Assembly: GCA_030704615.1 (NCBI GenBank)
Contig: CM060731.1
Span: 1,674,001 to 1,738,000 of the forward strand
DNA length: 64,000 bases
Source: Takakia lepidozioides
Taxonomy: Eukaryota > Plantae > Bryophyta
Direction: 5' to 3'
Part shown: positions 27,668 through 39,809 of the stretch, in pieces
How positions within the stretch are numbered: the first letter of the stretch is position 1
How the letters are laid out: each line of letters opens with the position of its first letter
Position numbers and translations under genes: made by a program
Notes under the pieces: model-generated
Databases searched by the model: none
Told to the model about the DNA's origin: nothing
Seen by the model: the letters and a program-made list of their open reading frames with translations, nothing else

Positions 27668-30600
27668 CCCGCTTGCTTTTTGTACTCGCTCCGGTTTTGT
27701 TGGCATGTGGTGCATGTCTTGACATACTCCTCTGCCTCCTCCCTCAGTTTGGGCCAGAAATACTCTTTCTTCAAGAGTGCCGCAGTGCGCTTGGCTCCGC
27801 CGTGCCCCGCAAGCGGGCTATCATGGCATTCTCTCAAGAGGCTATCTCTGATCCCTCCCTTTGGCACGTAGAGACGTTTTTGCTTATACCGGAGCAGTCC
27901 ATTTTGCAAGTGGAACTGCGATTTAACCCCCATCCTCAAGTCCTGCATCACGGACTTCGCCAGCTCATCCTTCCGGCAAGCCTTTCGGATCTTCCTATGG
28001 AGCGCCGTCTCGCCCTTGTACACCAACAAAAGCTGCTGCTTTCTACTTAAAGCATCGGCCACCACGTTGTCTCGTCCCGGTTTGTACTGGATATCCACGT
28101 CAAACACCGCCAAAGTATCTTGCCACCTAAGTTGTTTTGGGGACAACTTGGGCTGCGTGGCAAAATACTTCACCGTGACATTGTCCGTGAACACCTTCAC
28201 TGGGTTGGAACCAACATAGTGGCGCCAAAGCTCAAGGCAATGCACCACTGCCTTCATCTCTTTTTCATGCGTAGGCCACCGTCGCTCCACTTCATTCAGT
28301 TTCTTACTTTCGTAAGCCACTGGACGTCCATCTTGCATAAGTACACCCCCAATCGCAAAGTCCGACGCATCTGTATGAATCTCAAATGGACGATTGAACT
28401 CCGGGATTTTCAAGACTGGAGCTTCCGCCATCTGTTGCTTCAATTCAGCAAAAGCTTGGCCACAAAATGTGTTCCATACCCAGACTTTGGATTTACACAG
28501 AAGGTCCGACAACGGCCCCGCGATCTTGGCGTAATTTCTCACATACTTCCGGTAATAGGAGGTGAGTCCTAGGAAGGATCGCACTCCCGGGACCGAAGTC
28601 GGAGGCTCCCAGTCCAGATCGCCCTCACCTTTCTGTCATCCATTTTGATCCCATCCTGTGTAATCACATGCCCCAAGAACTCCACTTTCGTGACCCCGAA
28701 TTCGCACTTTGAAGCTTTGGCGTACAGCTTCCCTTCCCGCAACTTTTGGAACACCCTTTTGAGGTGCTCCAGGTGCTCCTCCCTTGTTTTTGAGTACACC
28801 AAGATGTCGTCGATGTACACGATCACAAAGTCATCCAACCACTCCTGAAAAAGGCTGTTCATTAGCGTGCTAAAGGTCGCTGGTGCATTGGTGAGCCCAA
28901 AAGGCATCACCAAGAACTCATATGAACCATACCTTGTCCTGCACGCGGTCTTCTCCTCATCTCCTTCCGCCACCCGAATTTGATGATAGCCGGAGCGCAA
29001 GTCGATCCGGCTGAAATACTTCACTCCTGCCAACCGATCGAAGAGGTCGTCGATCCTTGGCAAAGGGTACTGGTTTTTGATAGTCACCTTATTCAGAGCC
29101 CTGTAATCGACACACATCCGCAGCGTCCCATCCTTCTTGTCTGCGAATAGCACCGGGGCTCCATAAGGTGACTTACTCGGCCGGATGTACCCCTTTGACA
29201 TTAGATCCTTGAGCCGAGTCTTCAGCTCGACCAACTCTCTGTGGCTCAACCGGTAGGGCGCCTTGGCAGGCGGTTCCGATCCCGGTATCACCTCAATCTT
29301 GTGGTCAACTCCTCTTCGCGGTGGCAAGCCGCTTGGTAAATCCTCCGGCATCACATCTTGGTATTTCTCCAAAATCCCCTTGATCCAATCTGGGCTCGAC
29401 TCCCCATCGCCATCTCTCTTCACTTCTCTAATGTAAAGCAAAAACTGGGGTTCGTGTGCCTCCTCCACGGCCCATTCCTTTGCTGACAGAAGGTTTATTC
29501 GCCCTCCCACGGATTTGGGCGTTTCCGACACTCGTAAGACCTTGCCACCATTCCCACATGGCAGCGTGACTACTCTCTTGCGGCCATCTATGACCGCTCC
29601 GGATTTACTCAGAAAGGTCATCCCCAAAATGAGATCTACTCCATCGATCTCGCAGATGGTGAAGTTCTTACGTCCCTCCCAACTCCCTAGTTGGAGAGGA
29701 ACATTAAACGCCAACCTTGTCGCCAACTGTGGTTCTCCTTTGGCAGAATGCACCTCAATAGAGGCCCCCACGTCACTTGTCGGGAGTCCCAGCTTTTGTG
29801 CCGCCGCCGGTGTCATGAAGGAGTGCGACGCTCCTGTGTCCACCAACAACGACACATTAGTTCCGGATATTATCCCATCCACGAACAATAACTGACTCCC
29901 TTTACGCAGGGCGCCAGTTTCCTGATACAACTCACAAGAATAGTTGCCTACCTTGCAAGTCCTGGCGACCACGGCTTCCACCAAGCGACTGATGGTATCT
30001 TCCGACAGCTCCGTGGTCGCCCGAGTCATGTTCAATTGCCGGGGCTTTGTGCACTTCTTGGCCATGTGCCCGGGCTCCCCGCAATTGAAACACACTCCAT
30101 CAAAGGTCGCCTTCTGTCTGCCATAAGCCGCTCCACCCGCTTTTCCTTTCGAAGCACCGGGTGCCGCCTTGACGTGTGAAGGCCCTCCCTTCGATTTCCA
30201 CATGCCATTATCACCGCGTGGCCTATCCCACTTCTTTTCCAGTCGGAAGGAGTCACCTTCCCGCCGGGTCTTCTTGTGGTTCAGCTCCGTACGGCCTTGT
30301 CTCTCACCCCTAGGGACATCCGAGAAACATTCAGCCCTCTCAATTGCCTCGTTCAAAGTCTTGGGTGGCTTCTCTTCCAACTTCCGCCTGGCCCATGGGG
30401 CCAGTCCCGCCACAAAGTTGAAGACCATTTCTGGTTCTGCCATGTCCGCGACTTCGAGCAACAACACATTGAAAGCCTGGACATACCCCCGAATGTCATC
30501 TGTTTGCTTCAAATTCCTCATCTTGTCCCGGGCAAGCCAGAACGCGTTGAGGGGCACAAACTGTCTCTTCATCAATTCCTTGAACCCACTCCAGTTCAAG

Positions 30601-31893
30601 GTTTCCGGGCTTGGGCCTCGGTTGTGAAGGCGTTTCTGCCACCATTGTTGAGCATAGCCCCTCAAATAGGTGGGAGCCACTTCCACCCGATCCTCGTCAC
30701 TCAACTTGGCCGCCCGGAAGTACTGCTCTAGCTCCAGGAGCCAGGTGTTGAGTGCCTTCCGATTTTGAACGCCCTCGAAGGTGCCGGGTTCCTTAGGCTT
30801 CACCTTAAACTTTGCCTTAGTGGAAGTGGCATTAGCCGCCTTCAACACGTCTTTCAACGTCCCGCCAAACTGCGCCAACAACCCTTCCCAAAAGGCTGCC
30901 GGCATGGGAGGCATCTCTTGGTTTGTTGGAGCTCTCAAGGATTCCTCGGGCTCCGACTCCTCGGATTCCTCCCGCTCTTGAGCGGCCTCGTTTTCGGAAA
31001 CATTCATCGCTTCCTCAAACGGCCGCCTCGGTGACACGTCGCCCCCATCGGGCTCACCAGGATCATCATCTTTTGGGCCGTTCCGCTTTCGCTTTGGCTT
31101 GCCCGACCCCATGATGAGGCCAATCCCAAGGACGATCGCGTACTGAACTCTAAGCTCTGATACCAAATGTCGCGCACCTCACTTCGGTAAGCTCCCCTTC
31201 AAGTCATAGTTACTCGCTTTGATGCGCGCGCCTGACTCCCAACCTGGCCGCCCGGGCCAACTTGGAGCTTCGGCTGCTCACCGGGACATAACGGTCCCCC
31301 TTCGCTTCCCTCTAAACCCTCCACCTATTTGGGACTAGGAGAATTCCCTTTGGTAGATGACAGTCCGGAACAGCTTCCCACTCTTTGGTCGCTTTCCGGC
31401 TCGTTCGCTTACTGACTAGTTTTTGGTCACCAACGGGCTTGCACCGTTCTCGGGGTTACTACTTCCTATATATATTTCTGTAGCTGTCCGCGGGGGTTTC
31501 ATAACCAGCCATGCCATTTTATGGCGAACCACCACGAAAACCCTCGACTCCCGGTGATGAGTCGCGGTGAGTCTTGGCCCACTCATCATGGCCCCTATGG
31601 ACCGTGATGAGTCCCAAGGCTCCCCACGACTCCCACCACGAGGTCTCCGCCCCCATGGTGAGTCCTATGCCACCCCCACTAAGTCCCGCTAAGGTACCAC
31701 CACCCCTTGTGGAGCCACCCCCACCGCAACCCGATGTGCGGGGCTCCACCTAGTGAGCGCCTCCGCCTCCTTGAGTGCCTTGGGCACTCAAGGGTGCTTC
31801 AGCCCCCCATACCTATCGCTGCCGATGCCCCCACTACAGGGGCAGCCCCTCATGTGTCCCGACCCCTTGCCCTCAAGGCAAAGGGCCGCGACA
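27668..31893 (-). mobile_element. Second, 3'-truncated copy of the same chromovirus
   Basis: 5' LTR 31168-31893, PBS, gag-PR-RT ORF 28569-31166, RNase H and integrase zinc domain 27658-28584; ends abruptly within the integrase. Confidence 0.95.
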
Positions 31894-31895
31894 TT

Positions 31896-32374
31896 CCCCC
31901 CCCCCGAAGTGCTCCAAAAAAATGATCCCCCTTTCAGTCCTTGCTTCTAGCTTTATCTTCCTACCCGTTGTTCTAACCGTTTCCCTCACTAACCGTCGTC
32001 CATGAACTAACATGTTCCATTCGCAGGTGTTGTTCCCCACAGTCGTTCCCTGTCCGGCTATCCGTTCCCTATGGTCGTGACAGCTGTGTCAAGCTGTGAC
32101 TGGCTGTGTGAAACTGTGACGGGCTGTGTCGGCTGTGATGGGCTGTGTCGGCTGTAACGAGCTGTGTTGACTGTGTCTGGCTGTGTCGGCTGTGTTGGCT
32201 GTGACGGGCTGTGTTGACTGTGTCTGGCTGTGTTGGCTGTGACGGGCTGTGTCACCCCCCCCTAAAGTGCGCTGCTGTCACCCCTAAGGCTCCTGTTGGT
32301 CTCAGTCTGTGCAAAAATTAAGGGTACCCCACAGATCCCGTATAAGTGTCTAAGTCCCAGACAGTCCTCTAACA
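31896..32374. mobile_element. LTR-like repeat, family B, copy 2 (interrupted by the chromovirus)
   Basis: Highly similar to 8545-8959, with the same ...CTCTAACA end. Confidence 0.7.
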
Positions 32375-32800
32375 AGGAACATTCTCCAAGATATAGGCTA
32401 GAGGTTGCACTTGCCTCGTCTGCAAGTCACGCAACACTCTCAACATCTCCCAAAACAAATGCGATCGTGCATCATGCAAGCCATTCCCATGACCTGCGGG
32501 AGAGTGTCCTTGGCAAGGCCATCCAGCTATCACCAAGTCAATGGCACCATGCCGGTCCAAATCATCCGCCCCCAGCAATGTAATGTCTGCTGGCAAGGCC
32601 TTTTGATACCCTTGAATTGCTGAGAGAGACAACAACTCAGGATACCGGTGTGTGAGCAAGGCGATATGGCGCATAGAAATACGCCGAGCTATCTCATCCT
32701 TCTCTACATACAAGTACTTGGGTACTTTAATCCCTGCTTGCAACACTCCCGCAAGCCCAGTGCTCATGCCTCCAAATAGGTCTAGCAAACAAATCCCTGA
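32375..32800 (-). pseudogene. C5 cytosine DNA methyltransferase domain (motifs I-VI) in a retroelement polyprotein, truncated
   Basis: LLDLFGGMSTG (motif I), YVEKD (II), DLVIAGWPCQG (IV, catalytic PC), ILENV (VI); cut by LTR-B right after ENV. Confidence 0.9.
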
Positions 32801-32900
32801 GTCAGGTAATGGGCACTGTGTCCAAAGGAGCTAACTGAGGAGGTCCAGGTGATGTCACTAAACTCCCTTCACTCACCAATGGATAGGCCTCCTGCTATGC

Positions 32901-33630
32901 TTAGTGCACACACTCGCCTGCTATTCGATGCAAATTCCCAACTGTACCCCACAGTGGAATATGAACAGGCACATGAGGAAGCAAATCAGCCTTGTATGCC
33001 AATTGTTTGTCCTCATCAGGTGGTGGCCTATCATCTGCATGACTATTGCCCTCCAAGAGCTCACCACCCCAAGCCACCACCCCTGAGAATGCAGCCAATG
33101 TGGGCATCATGTTCCTATGATCCACCGCTATATTCCCAATAAACCGCACTGGGAGCAGTGCATGTCGACCATCCCCTGACTGCCATTCCGGCCTGTAGGA
33201 TGCCGTTTCCTCCCAAAAGTCCAAAGTAAAGCCCATCGGGTATAACACAACCCCACCAACAAACATATCATAAGACATCGTGTCCGTAACAATGGCTTTA
33301 GCTCTCATGACAGAGCCATCTGTAGGATGATATGGCTGCAATCAAATGAAGAGCTCATGGTGTGTAATCCCTCGTGCCTTCTCTGAACCGCCCAAAGATG
33401 TTTGAATTTGGAAATGGCAAGGCTCCAAATCCGCCTCTGTAAGGCCCAAGCCTGCAATTGTTGCTCTCCCCAACATCAATGGCTGTGTTCCCGAATCCAA
33501 CAAGACCCGCAGTGGCCTATACCTCCTCCCGGATGGGCCACCCAACTGAAACACACCATCCTGATTGTCCACCAGGACTACCCCAAGAGTCACCATACTA
33601 CGCTCAATGGCTGGTCTAGCTGACAACTCC
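32901..33630 (-). pseudogene. Retropepsin-like aspartic protease region
   Basis: RVLLDSGTQPLMLG...SYDMFVGG (DSG active site), with an in-frame stop. Confidence 0.75.
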
Positions 33631-33710
33631 TACAACCTTGCAGTTACCGCTTGCCATGGCGCAGCTGTGGCTGTCTTCACCCTTGAATCCAGGGCATCCA
33701 TGCACTGCAC

Positions 33711-35294
33711 CTAATCCGCTATCTCCACAGATAGTGTCGATGCATCACCACTCCCACAGAGTGCAGCTGCCAGTCTAAACACTGCAGCTGGCCGCATCCC
33801 CTGCAGACTTGCTTCCCCTCTTTGTGGATCAAAATCCACATCCGCTCCTCTTGGCTCAGGAGCACGCGTTGCTGCTTGAGAGACAGCAGCTGCAGAGTCC
33901 ATATGCAATGGTCCTGCAAGTGCGGCTCCACATATGAAGCCCATACCAATCTGGTCTTTCCTAGGCATAGGAGGATGTGTAGGTAGGGCTTGAACCTCAG
34001 GCCTTGGAGCTGGCGCAACATGAGTAGTGGCCATGGTAGCAAAACGTTGCTCTAGCTGGGCAAGCTTATCCACCATGCCTTGGTCATGACCTTGACCCTG
34101 ACCTTGTGCTCCTTGGTTTTGGTTACGACCTCTACCACGACCTCTGCCTCCTCTACCTCTCTGGAATACATTGCCTCGTCCTCGGCCACCATTGTTCCCT
34201 TGGAACTGGCCTGGCCATAGCTCAGGATGCAAGTCATAACAATGGGTCTCTTCATGCCCATACTTGCCACAAATGCCTACACTGTGGTTGTGTAGGCTGT
34301 GCCTGTCCGGCCCTTTGCCTCTCTTTGGGCAATCTCTCTTAACATGGGGTCCTCCACAATCCCAACATGTGACTCCCGACTGTTGTTGGCCTGAGAATGA
34401 AGGAAGTGACCTCTGCAATTGAGATCCTCTCTGTCCTTCCCTAGGCTTTGCCTGAGCCCCCTTGTTGCCTTGAGCACGTTGGGGTAGTGGTTGTTGTTGG
34501 CTAGGAGCCCCAATTCGTTGTGTCTCCTTACCAAACCCCACCATGACCACTCGATCCTCCACCATATTGAGCTCTATCCGCTCTGCCAGCAAAAACGCGT
34601 TTGCTAAGGTGGGTTGGGCCACTTGTAGGAGAGTTGCATCCCACACCCTTCTCCTCAGCTCCTTGTCCAATATCCCATACCAGAATTGGACTACTTGAGC
34701 TTCTGTAACCCTTTGGGTTACATTTATCAATCGCCTCATGCGCGTGTAAGCCTCCCTTAAACTCTCGGTAGGCTTTCGTTGGAACTCTTGCAAGCTCCGC
34801 AATTTCTCCGTCCCTATCCCCTGGTAGTTTCTCCTTAACTCCTCGAAGAACTCCACAACTGGGTTAAATGTAGGCACGAGTGTTGGTGTTGCAGCAGGAG
34901 CATGGGTGGACTTCCCAGCTCCTGTTCCACTTGACATCCCACTTCTGCTTGTAGAAGCTGCCGGTGTCACCACTGCCCTTGTGCCTCTAGTGATGGAGAC
35001 ATAGTCAGGTGACCAATACACCCGCCATTCCTCAATCTCCACCCCCCGCCTAAACTCATGGTAGTCATCCATGGGCGGCCCCTCAAGGTGCTGAAACAAC
35101 CCCTTCCACGCCATAAAAGGCGTAAACAGTTGTGGATTGCGCATCTGCTGCAAATCACACCAACTATCAAACTCCTGTATGAAATCATCAAGCTCGATGG
35201 TGCCCACAGCTCCAGAGTACCGACGTGGCCCCTTGGTAGCTCCATACATTTCCTCCATCGTATCCCACAACAATGGCACGGAAATGGCTTGCAT
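33711..35294 (-). CDS. Retrotransposon Gag-like protein with zinc knuckles
   Basis: 527-aa ORF with FQRKPTESLREAYTR (gag major homology region-like), CWDCGGPHVKRDC and an RGG-rich tract. Confidence 0.85.
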   Translation of the reverse strand: MQAISVPLLWDTMEEMYGATKGPRRYSGAVGTIELDDFIQEFDSWCDLQQMRNPQLFTPFMAWKGLFQHLEGPPMDDYHEFRRGVEIEEWRVYWSPDYVSITRGTRAVVTPAASTSRSGMSSGTGAGKSTHAPAATPTLVPTFNPVVEFFEELRRNYQGIGTEKLRSLQEFQRKPTESLREAYTRMRRLINVTQRVTEAQVVQFWYGILDKELRRRVWDATLLQVAQPTLANAFLLAERIELNMVEDRVVMVGFGKETQRIGAPSQQQPLPQRAQGNKGAQAKPREGQRGSQLQRSLPSFSGQQQSGVTCWDCGGPHVKRDCPKRGKGPDRHSLHNHSVGICGKYGHEETHCYDLHPELWPGQFQGNNGGRGRGNVFQRGRGGRGRGRGRNQNQGAQGQGQGHDQGMVDKLAQLEQRFATMATTHVAPAPRPEVQALPTHPPMPRKDQIGMGFICGAALAGPLHMDSAAAVSQAATRAPEPRGADVDFDPQRGEASLQGMRPAAVFRLAAALCGSGDASTLSVEIAD

Positions 35295-36239
35295 CCTCGG
35301 CGAGAATCATCCTAACTCTGAGTCTGAACCTTCCTCAGAAGACACTGAAGGTGAAGGTGGCCTAAACCGCACACCTCGTCTTGTATACCTACTAGTATCG
35401 CTGGTGCTCGCACCGACACTCTCCTCAGCAACTGGTGGCACCTCCGTGATGAAAACTCACAACCACACCTGTTGTAAACCTGTCTCTAATCCCCCTTTCC
35501 ACAAGGTAACCGGGTAGAGAACCTGTTGCGGCTTATGGCTTAGACTACTAGGTTTGTAACATAAATCTGTACCTGCATCCACCGCAAGCACTCCTATGGT
35601 CTGCTGGTCATCAACCCAGCCTCACCATAAGAGAAACAATGATGGGCTGATTGGTCATCACCCCAACCTCACCACCGACAGCACGCTCTAGGATTGACCG
35701 GTGATCAAATCCGGACCAACCTCCTATGAAAACAAACGCCCACACAAAGCTAACATGGCGCACAGTCAAGCATGCAGGTGTGGAGGGGATCCAAACACAA
35801 GAAAATCAAGACATCAACTCCCCCACACCAAAAACACTCCACAAGTGTCGCTCCTGCAATGATACTCCAGCCCAAACCCGGACTGACTCTTGCCTCCACC
35901 TACGGAAAGGTTTTGGCCTACAGAGAGGGTGAAAGACTACAAGGAAGAGAGACTAAAGCAATTCCTAATCCGAGCATGCCCTTATCCCACTACCCTATCT
36001 CCACACTCTCTTGCTTGAACAATAGACAAGACTACCTTTCAAGGGTCTCTCAAATAACTCTCCAGGAGCCCTCAAGAATATCTCTCTCAAACAATCTCAC
36101 TAAGGCTCCCAATCCTTGCACAATGGGACTCCAAAACAGTACACCAAGCCCCCAAGAGCCTGCCAAAACTTAGCCCTCGAGGACCCCAAATAGTCCATCA
36201 CACAAGTCGCCAAAGACTCCTCAAGCTCGCCAAATATTG

Positions 36240-36385
36240 GCCTCCAAGGACCCCAAAATAGTCCTCCAAAGAACTCCAAATGGTCCTCCAAGGACCCCAA
36301 ACAGTCCTCCAAGGACTCCCAATGGTCTTCCAAATAGTCCTCCAAGGACTCCCAATGGTCCTCCAAACAGTCCTCCAAGGACTCT
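36240..36385. repeat. Short tandem repeat (GTCCTCCAAGGACTCCCAAT-like) upstream of the gag
   Basis: Several 21/33-bp iterations visible; probably LTR or UTR sequence of the DNMT element. Confidence 0.7.
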
Positions 36386-37836
36386 TCCTATGTCACCATG
36401 TTCCCAATGCGTTCCCAATGTGTTCCCAAGTTCCCAATAGGTTCCCAAAGTTCCCTAAGAATATTCATAAGAATATGCCATAGTATTCTCCCAATATTCC
36501 CCTGGGCCTATACGTATTCCCCTTGTATTCCCTTTGTATTCCCCTTAGGAATAGCCATTTCCCCCTGGCAATAGCCATTTCCCCCTCATAGAGTAGTTCA
36601 TTTCTCCCCAATGTTTAGCCATTTCCCCCTAAGCTTTAGCCACTTCCCCCTCTATTTCCTTGAGGTTTAGCCTTACCAAGCTAGGGTTTGTGCTCCTTGG
36701 GGCTCTATGCTTAATCCCCTCAAGCATCCATGAATTCTATGGGGTACCAAGACAAATTCCCTTGATCTTCTTCACCTTAAGCTACTCAAGTTTGTCTCCA
36801 ACTCAACTAGCAATGCATTGGCCACACAACAAGCTCAATTTCTCATTGGAACTCAAAATCAAGCTTGTACCTCATTTGGCAAGCCACCAAGCCTTGTCTC
36901 CTCTCAAGCCTTGGTTATTCAAGCTCCCTTCACTTGCTAGCTCAAGAGCCACTCCTCTCAAGCTTGAAATTGCAAAGCTCAAGCCAAAAGCATGCTTCAC
37001 ACATGCATCACCTCATACACAAGGGAATCAACTTGCTCCCTTCACCTTCTAGCTCTCCTCAAGCTTGAAATTGGAAGCCACACTTGGGAAGCATGCTCCA
37101 CATAAGCATCACTTGCTTGATCAACCATCCACCACAAAACTTAAGCCAAAAGGGAATGAATACATGAGCTTCACCTTCCCCTTCCTTGTCTTGACACATG
37201 CTAATGTATGGTTGAAGTTACTATGCATGCCTTGAGCCACAATTTTTTTTCTTCATGAAGACCACCTCCAATGATCTCCCACATGTGCTCCAAGCTCTTC
37301 AATGCTCTAGGCTTGGTTTCACATCATTATGATTGGAAGACTTCTTCACATGCTCCCCTTCAAACCGGGGGCTGCTATTTCATGAGCCATGAGCGGCATG
37401 AGCCATGAGCCATGAGCCATGAGCAGAGTCGTAAGTGTCAAAAAAAACATGAGCAGGACTATTTTCCAGAAATGAGTGTCTGCGGGAATAGGGTTTAGGG
37501 TGTCACAGTCATAGGGGGAGAAGGACCTCCCGATGAAGGAGGTTCGGCAATGTTTTTTAGAATTACATATTGAAAGGCAATGTTTCGCGAATGGTAGGGT
37601 GGTACTGATCTGTACAATGAGGGACTATTTCAGCCTACCAGCCACTTGCAAAATCCACCCACACTCCCAATCCCAAACGAAATGAGGAATGACGCATTTT
37701 GGGAACGATGGATACAGAATAGAACAAAAAGAGGGCACAATGGGGTTTTTATTGATCCACATAAATTGCATTTGAAGCACGTCTACTGTGCTGATTATGC
37801 AAACAAATCTTTAGCCCTGTGCCTTCTGAATACAAG

Positions 37837-38400
37837 TCACGTTGTCAATGGGACTTCGACTGCTCTGAGAACTAGCTCATGAGTCTTCGGGCTCCTCCAG
37901 GTAAACTGGATTGCAGCCGTTGTACCGCCCCTGTTGATGTTCACCACAATGTCCTGCCCTTCAATCATACCACCATCGAATATGGAAAGCTTCACGTTTT
38001 CGCCGTCCACACCAATGCGAATGTCCCCATACAATGGAGAAGATGAGCGCACTCCTTCAGGAGTATAAGTCTCTCCGATGGAGTCCACCCACGTCCACTG
38101 GCAGCAGTTCCACCGCAACAGCATAGCAGTGCGCATTCTTCTGCATGGGTGCCCGTCGAAGCTGGGAAAATCGGAATCAAGGATGCGCAGGAGCCACGGA
38201 CTCCTCAGACCAAGATCGTCACCCCGCTCGAAGGCGTACTGGCCTGGGAGATACTCAAAAGCGGACAATGTTTTCACATTCGAACCAGTATCTTCTGTGT
38301 AATCTGTGTACCAGATAACGATGTCTCCCGATGTGGCCGAATACATTGCATAATCGATGCCTCCATAAGGGCAGTCGTCCCGGTTCCGGATGCACGACAT
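37837..38400 (-). CDS. Unknown 187-aa protein (paralogue A)
   Basis: Open frame from ATG 38400; aligns end to end with 38955-39533 (DCPY..DYAM, SGDI..W, RWNCCQWT, YGDIR, DGGMI.G.DIVV, ELVLRA.EVP). Confidence 0.75.
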   Translation of the reverse strand: MSCIRNRDDCPYGGIDYAMYSATSGDIVIWYTDYTEDTGSNVKTLSAFEYLPGQYAFERGDDLGLRSPWLLRILDSDFPSFDGHPCRRMRTAMLLRWNCCQWTWVDSIGETYTPEGVRSSSPLYGDIRIGVDGENVKLSIFDGGMIEGQDIVVNINRGGTTAAIQFTWRSPKTHELVLRAVEVPLTT

Positions 38401-38954
38401 CCTTGCAAAGGAGGACCTGGACGTCTTTGATACCGATGACAATGACCTTGCGGACAGCAACGAAGCCCTTAGATTTTCGAAATGATGAGAAGCGGAAGAG
38501 CAGTGCGGGCTCCAATAATGGACCATATGGGTCACAAGTACCCATCAATCATCGTGTAACGTGTTCAACACGCCAGCGGTGGATGAACCGATACCTCTTT
38601 CTCATCCACGGGGTATAGTTTGAAATCTGCCACCGAAGTCCATCCCCCGGATGGAAATTCGGCGCCGCATTTACATCGAAGGGGGGATGGACTTTGTCGT
38701 CTCGAGTGGCTATAGGCCCACCTGGCACTTACTGCCCATAGTTTGCATGGCAGGGAAGGAAACTGAAACGGCTACATCATGGATGAGCCAATCTTCATCC
38801 GTGCAGGTTCCTGTCGGGGGGAAATTTAAATGTGCCAAGGAGTGTTTGTGAGGAATTGCAGCGTTTGCTTGAATTTCTTCCAGCCACCGCGCTGCTACCT
38901 CCTCCATCCGGGAGCTGCTGTCATTGAGCGTACTGTGCTACTCTTTTTTCAGGG

Positions 38955-39533
38955 ATGCCGTGCCGCCGAAATCCTGCTGACTGCCCTTATCATGGCTATG
39001 ATTATGCTATGTTCAAACCAGAATCAGGAGACATCATTGTCTGGCTTTCAGTTTTCACAGACGCATCTGGAATCAAGCGGGAGTCTTTGCGCGCAATGGA
39101 GTATCTGGAGGGCTATTACCGCTTTGAGCGAGGTGAAGGCGAGGGTCAATGCGGTCCGTGGGTCCTGAAAATTGTTGACCTCGATATACCAAGGTGGAAT
39201 GGGATGCCGGACAGATCACGCACGGCCTCACTTTGGCGCTGGAACTGCTGCCAGTGGACCAATGAGGACGGCAACGGGGAAAACTATATTCGTGGAGTTC
39301 ACTCCGCTTTTCCAGTGTATGGAGACATTCGGCTGAGTTGCGAAGACGAATCGCACGGGCACATGAGGCCCACAATGACCTTGTCAATGTATGATGGTGG
39401 TATGATTGATGGGCATGACATTGTCGTTAGCTCCACCAAGGGCACCAGATCGACCGCATTGCAGTTTACCTCGAGATGCCGCATCAGTAATGAGCTTGTT
39501 TTGAGGGCTATCGAAGTTCCGTCGACTTGGTGA
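38955..39533 (+). CDS. Unknown 192-aa protein (paralogue B)
   Basis: Intact ORF, clearly homologous to 37837-38400 and oriented head to head with it. Confidence 0.75.
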   Translation: MPCRRNPADCPYHGYDYAMFKPESGDIIVWLSVFTDASGIKRESLRAMEYLEGYYRFERGEGEGQCGPWVLKIVDLDIPRWNGMPDRSRTASLWRWNCCQWTNEDGNGENYIRGVHSAFPVYGDIRLSCEDESHGHMRPTMTLSMYDGGMIDGHDIVVSSTKGTRSTALQFTSRCRISNELVLRAIEVPSTW

Positions 39534-39809
39534 CACCCATGTAGAAGGAGGAAGGGCTTAGATTTGTCTGGAGTTGCTAAATGTGAGACACCGTGTTCGA
39601 TCAATAAAACAACCCATCGTACCTCACTTTTGTGTGCTTGTGTTTCATCGTGTTCAAGAACTGCCGTAATTGGCCCACTGTTTACAATTTGAGGTCTCAT
39701 TTCTACAATGTGTCTGTCCATATGAATATACCAGAGTCAGCGATATCACAGTCCTGAGGTGAAGAAAATCCATGTATGAGTTGTAGGAAACGTATACACG
39801 CCGAAGCTC

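Noticed and set aside
35500-37366. 5' LTR and PBS of the DNMT-bearing element
   Set aside because: No convincing TG...CA boundary, partner LTR or tRNA-complementary PBS found
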